Shown here piece by piece: positions 31,176 through 32,000 of a DNA stretch of 32,000 nt. Location of the stretch: NCBI RefSeq assembly GCF_000007185.1, contig NC_003551.1:1260001-1292000 (forward strand). The letters run 5' to 3'. The notes beneath the pieces were generated by a model. It saw only the letters and a list, made by a program, of their open reading frames with translations. It searched no databases and was not told the origin of the DNA. Within the stretch, counting starts at the first letter, position 1. Every line of letters starts with the position of its first letter. The position numbers were made by a program, and so were the translations under genes. The stretch comes from Methanopyrus kandleri AV19. Its GTDB lineage: Archaea; JAADCQ01; Methanopyri; Methanopyrales; Methanopyraceae.

Positions 31176-31290
31176 AACTTGAGACGATCGCATTACTACC
31201 GTCCGACAACGACACGTAAACCATGCGTAGATAATATGACATCGATATGAGCACTATTCGACTATCGTACGCGAACGCTCATACTGTCCG
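31176..31290 (+). repeat. conserved non-coding element, copy 2
   Basis: See 24838..24950. ATGAGC (31247) pairs with GCTCAT (31277). Confidence 0.75.
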
Positions 31291-31932
31291 AGGTCGGAGC
31301 CGCCATCCGTGCTGCAGTTTCCAGCGTTCGAGTTCGAGTTGTACGTCGGGTACCTCGTGCCTCCCGTTGAGGGACTTCCTCCGGGAGCGGATCACCTTGC
31401 GGAGGTAGCTCGAGTAGTGGGCGGGCCAGCCTCCGAGGGTCCTCACGGTGAAGGACTCGAGTCGATCGGGTAGTTCCTCGAGTAAATCCCGGATCCTGGG
31501 TGATTCGGAGGGTCTGGCGTCGAATGTCAGCGCGAGCCCGCGGGTCAGGACACGTCTCGCCCGTTTGTATGGGAGGCTCGAGACCTCGGTGAGGAGGGTC
31601 TTGAGGACGGAGCGGAGGTTGCGCATCAAGTGCCGCGCGAGTTCCAAAACCTGTTTCTTATCTAGGGAAACCAACCATTCGACGAAGCTCACACTCTCGT
31701 TCTCCGGCTTGCCCAGGTAGAGCGTCCGACCGTGCCTGTGTCGAGAGCCACGCCTCCACCTCGCGACGTAGTACGGACCGCACGTGCTCCCGTTCACCGT
31801 CCGATAGGTCACCTCGAGACTCGGCTTCCTCCCACGACGGTGAACCTCTCGGAGTACCCGGAGGACTCGGATCCGCTCTACCGGGTCCGAAGGTATCGGG
31901 ATGTGAACGTGCGATCTCACCAACCCCGGCAC
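31279..31932 (-). CDS. copy C of the lineage-specific ORF family (intact, with an 8-aa C-terminal extension relative to copy B)
   Basis: Aligns to copies A and B over the full length. Confidence 0.85.
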   Translation of the reverse strand: MPGLVRSHVHIPIPSDPVERIRVLRVLREVHRRGRKPSLEVTYRTVNGSTCGPYYVARWRRGSRHRHGRTLYLGKPENESVSFVEWLVSLDKKQVLELARHLMRNLRSVLKTLLTEVSSLPYKRARRVLTRGLALTFDARPSESPRIRDLLEELPDRLESFTVRTLGGWPAHYSSYLRKVIRSRRKSLNGRHEVPDVQLELERWKLQHGWRLRPRTV

Positions 31933-32000
31933 GCGATCCAGGGTAGTGACCCCAAGTTGTATGGAGACAGAGGTGAAGCGGCACCTCGAGATATAAGCCT

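Noticed and set aside
1-32000. tRNA or rRNA genes
   Set aside because: No cloverleaf with a GTTCRA-type T-loop or rRNA signature was recognised by eye. A tRNAscan/Infernal run would be needed to be sure.

Overview
GC-rich hyperthermophilic archaeal DNA, most likely Methanopyrus kandleri or a close relative (judged from Fae, acidic protein composition and style of orphan families; inference). The window is an accessory region rich in lineage-specific genes. Recognisable genes: a formaldehyde-activating enzyme (fae), an MBL/beta-CASP-like hydrolase, an orphan CARF-HEPN (Csx1/TM1812-like) protein, a divergent HEPN/MNT pair, a divergent COG1743-like Zn-ribbon methylase homolog coupled to a PIN-like protein, three copies of a short lineage-specific ORF family, and a predicted EExxK glutamic membrane protease with a secreted N-terminal domain. 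The main candidate for something undescribed is a shared C-terminal tail on seven predicted exported proteins. Most of these have a signal peptide, a body domain and often a low-complexity linker, then a Pro/Val/Ile/Leu-rich segment of about 8-14 aa followed by Arg residues (e.g. VLPAIPVPIGRR, LTVIPPIRRR, SPVLIPPVIPPRRR, VPLIVPIVPVRRR, IPVWVLPLLPVPLAGRR). This looks like a short C-terminal sorting or anchoring signal, and a CPBP/PrsW-like membrane protease gene lies in the same window. Several of these genes, and other orphan families here, are interrupted by frameshifts or a nonsense codon. That means either genuine decay or variation, or consensus errors.
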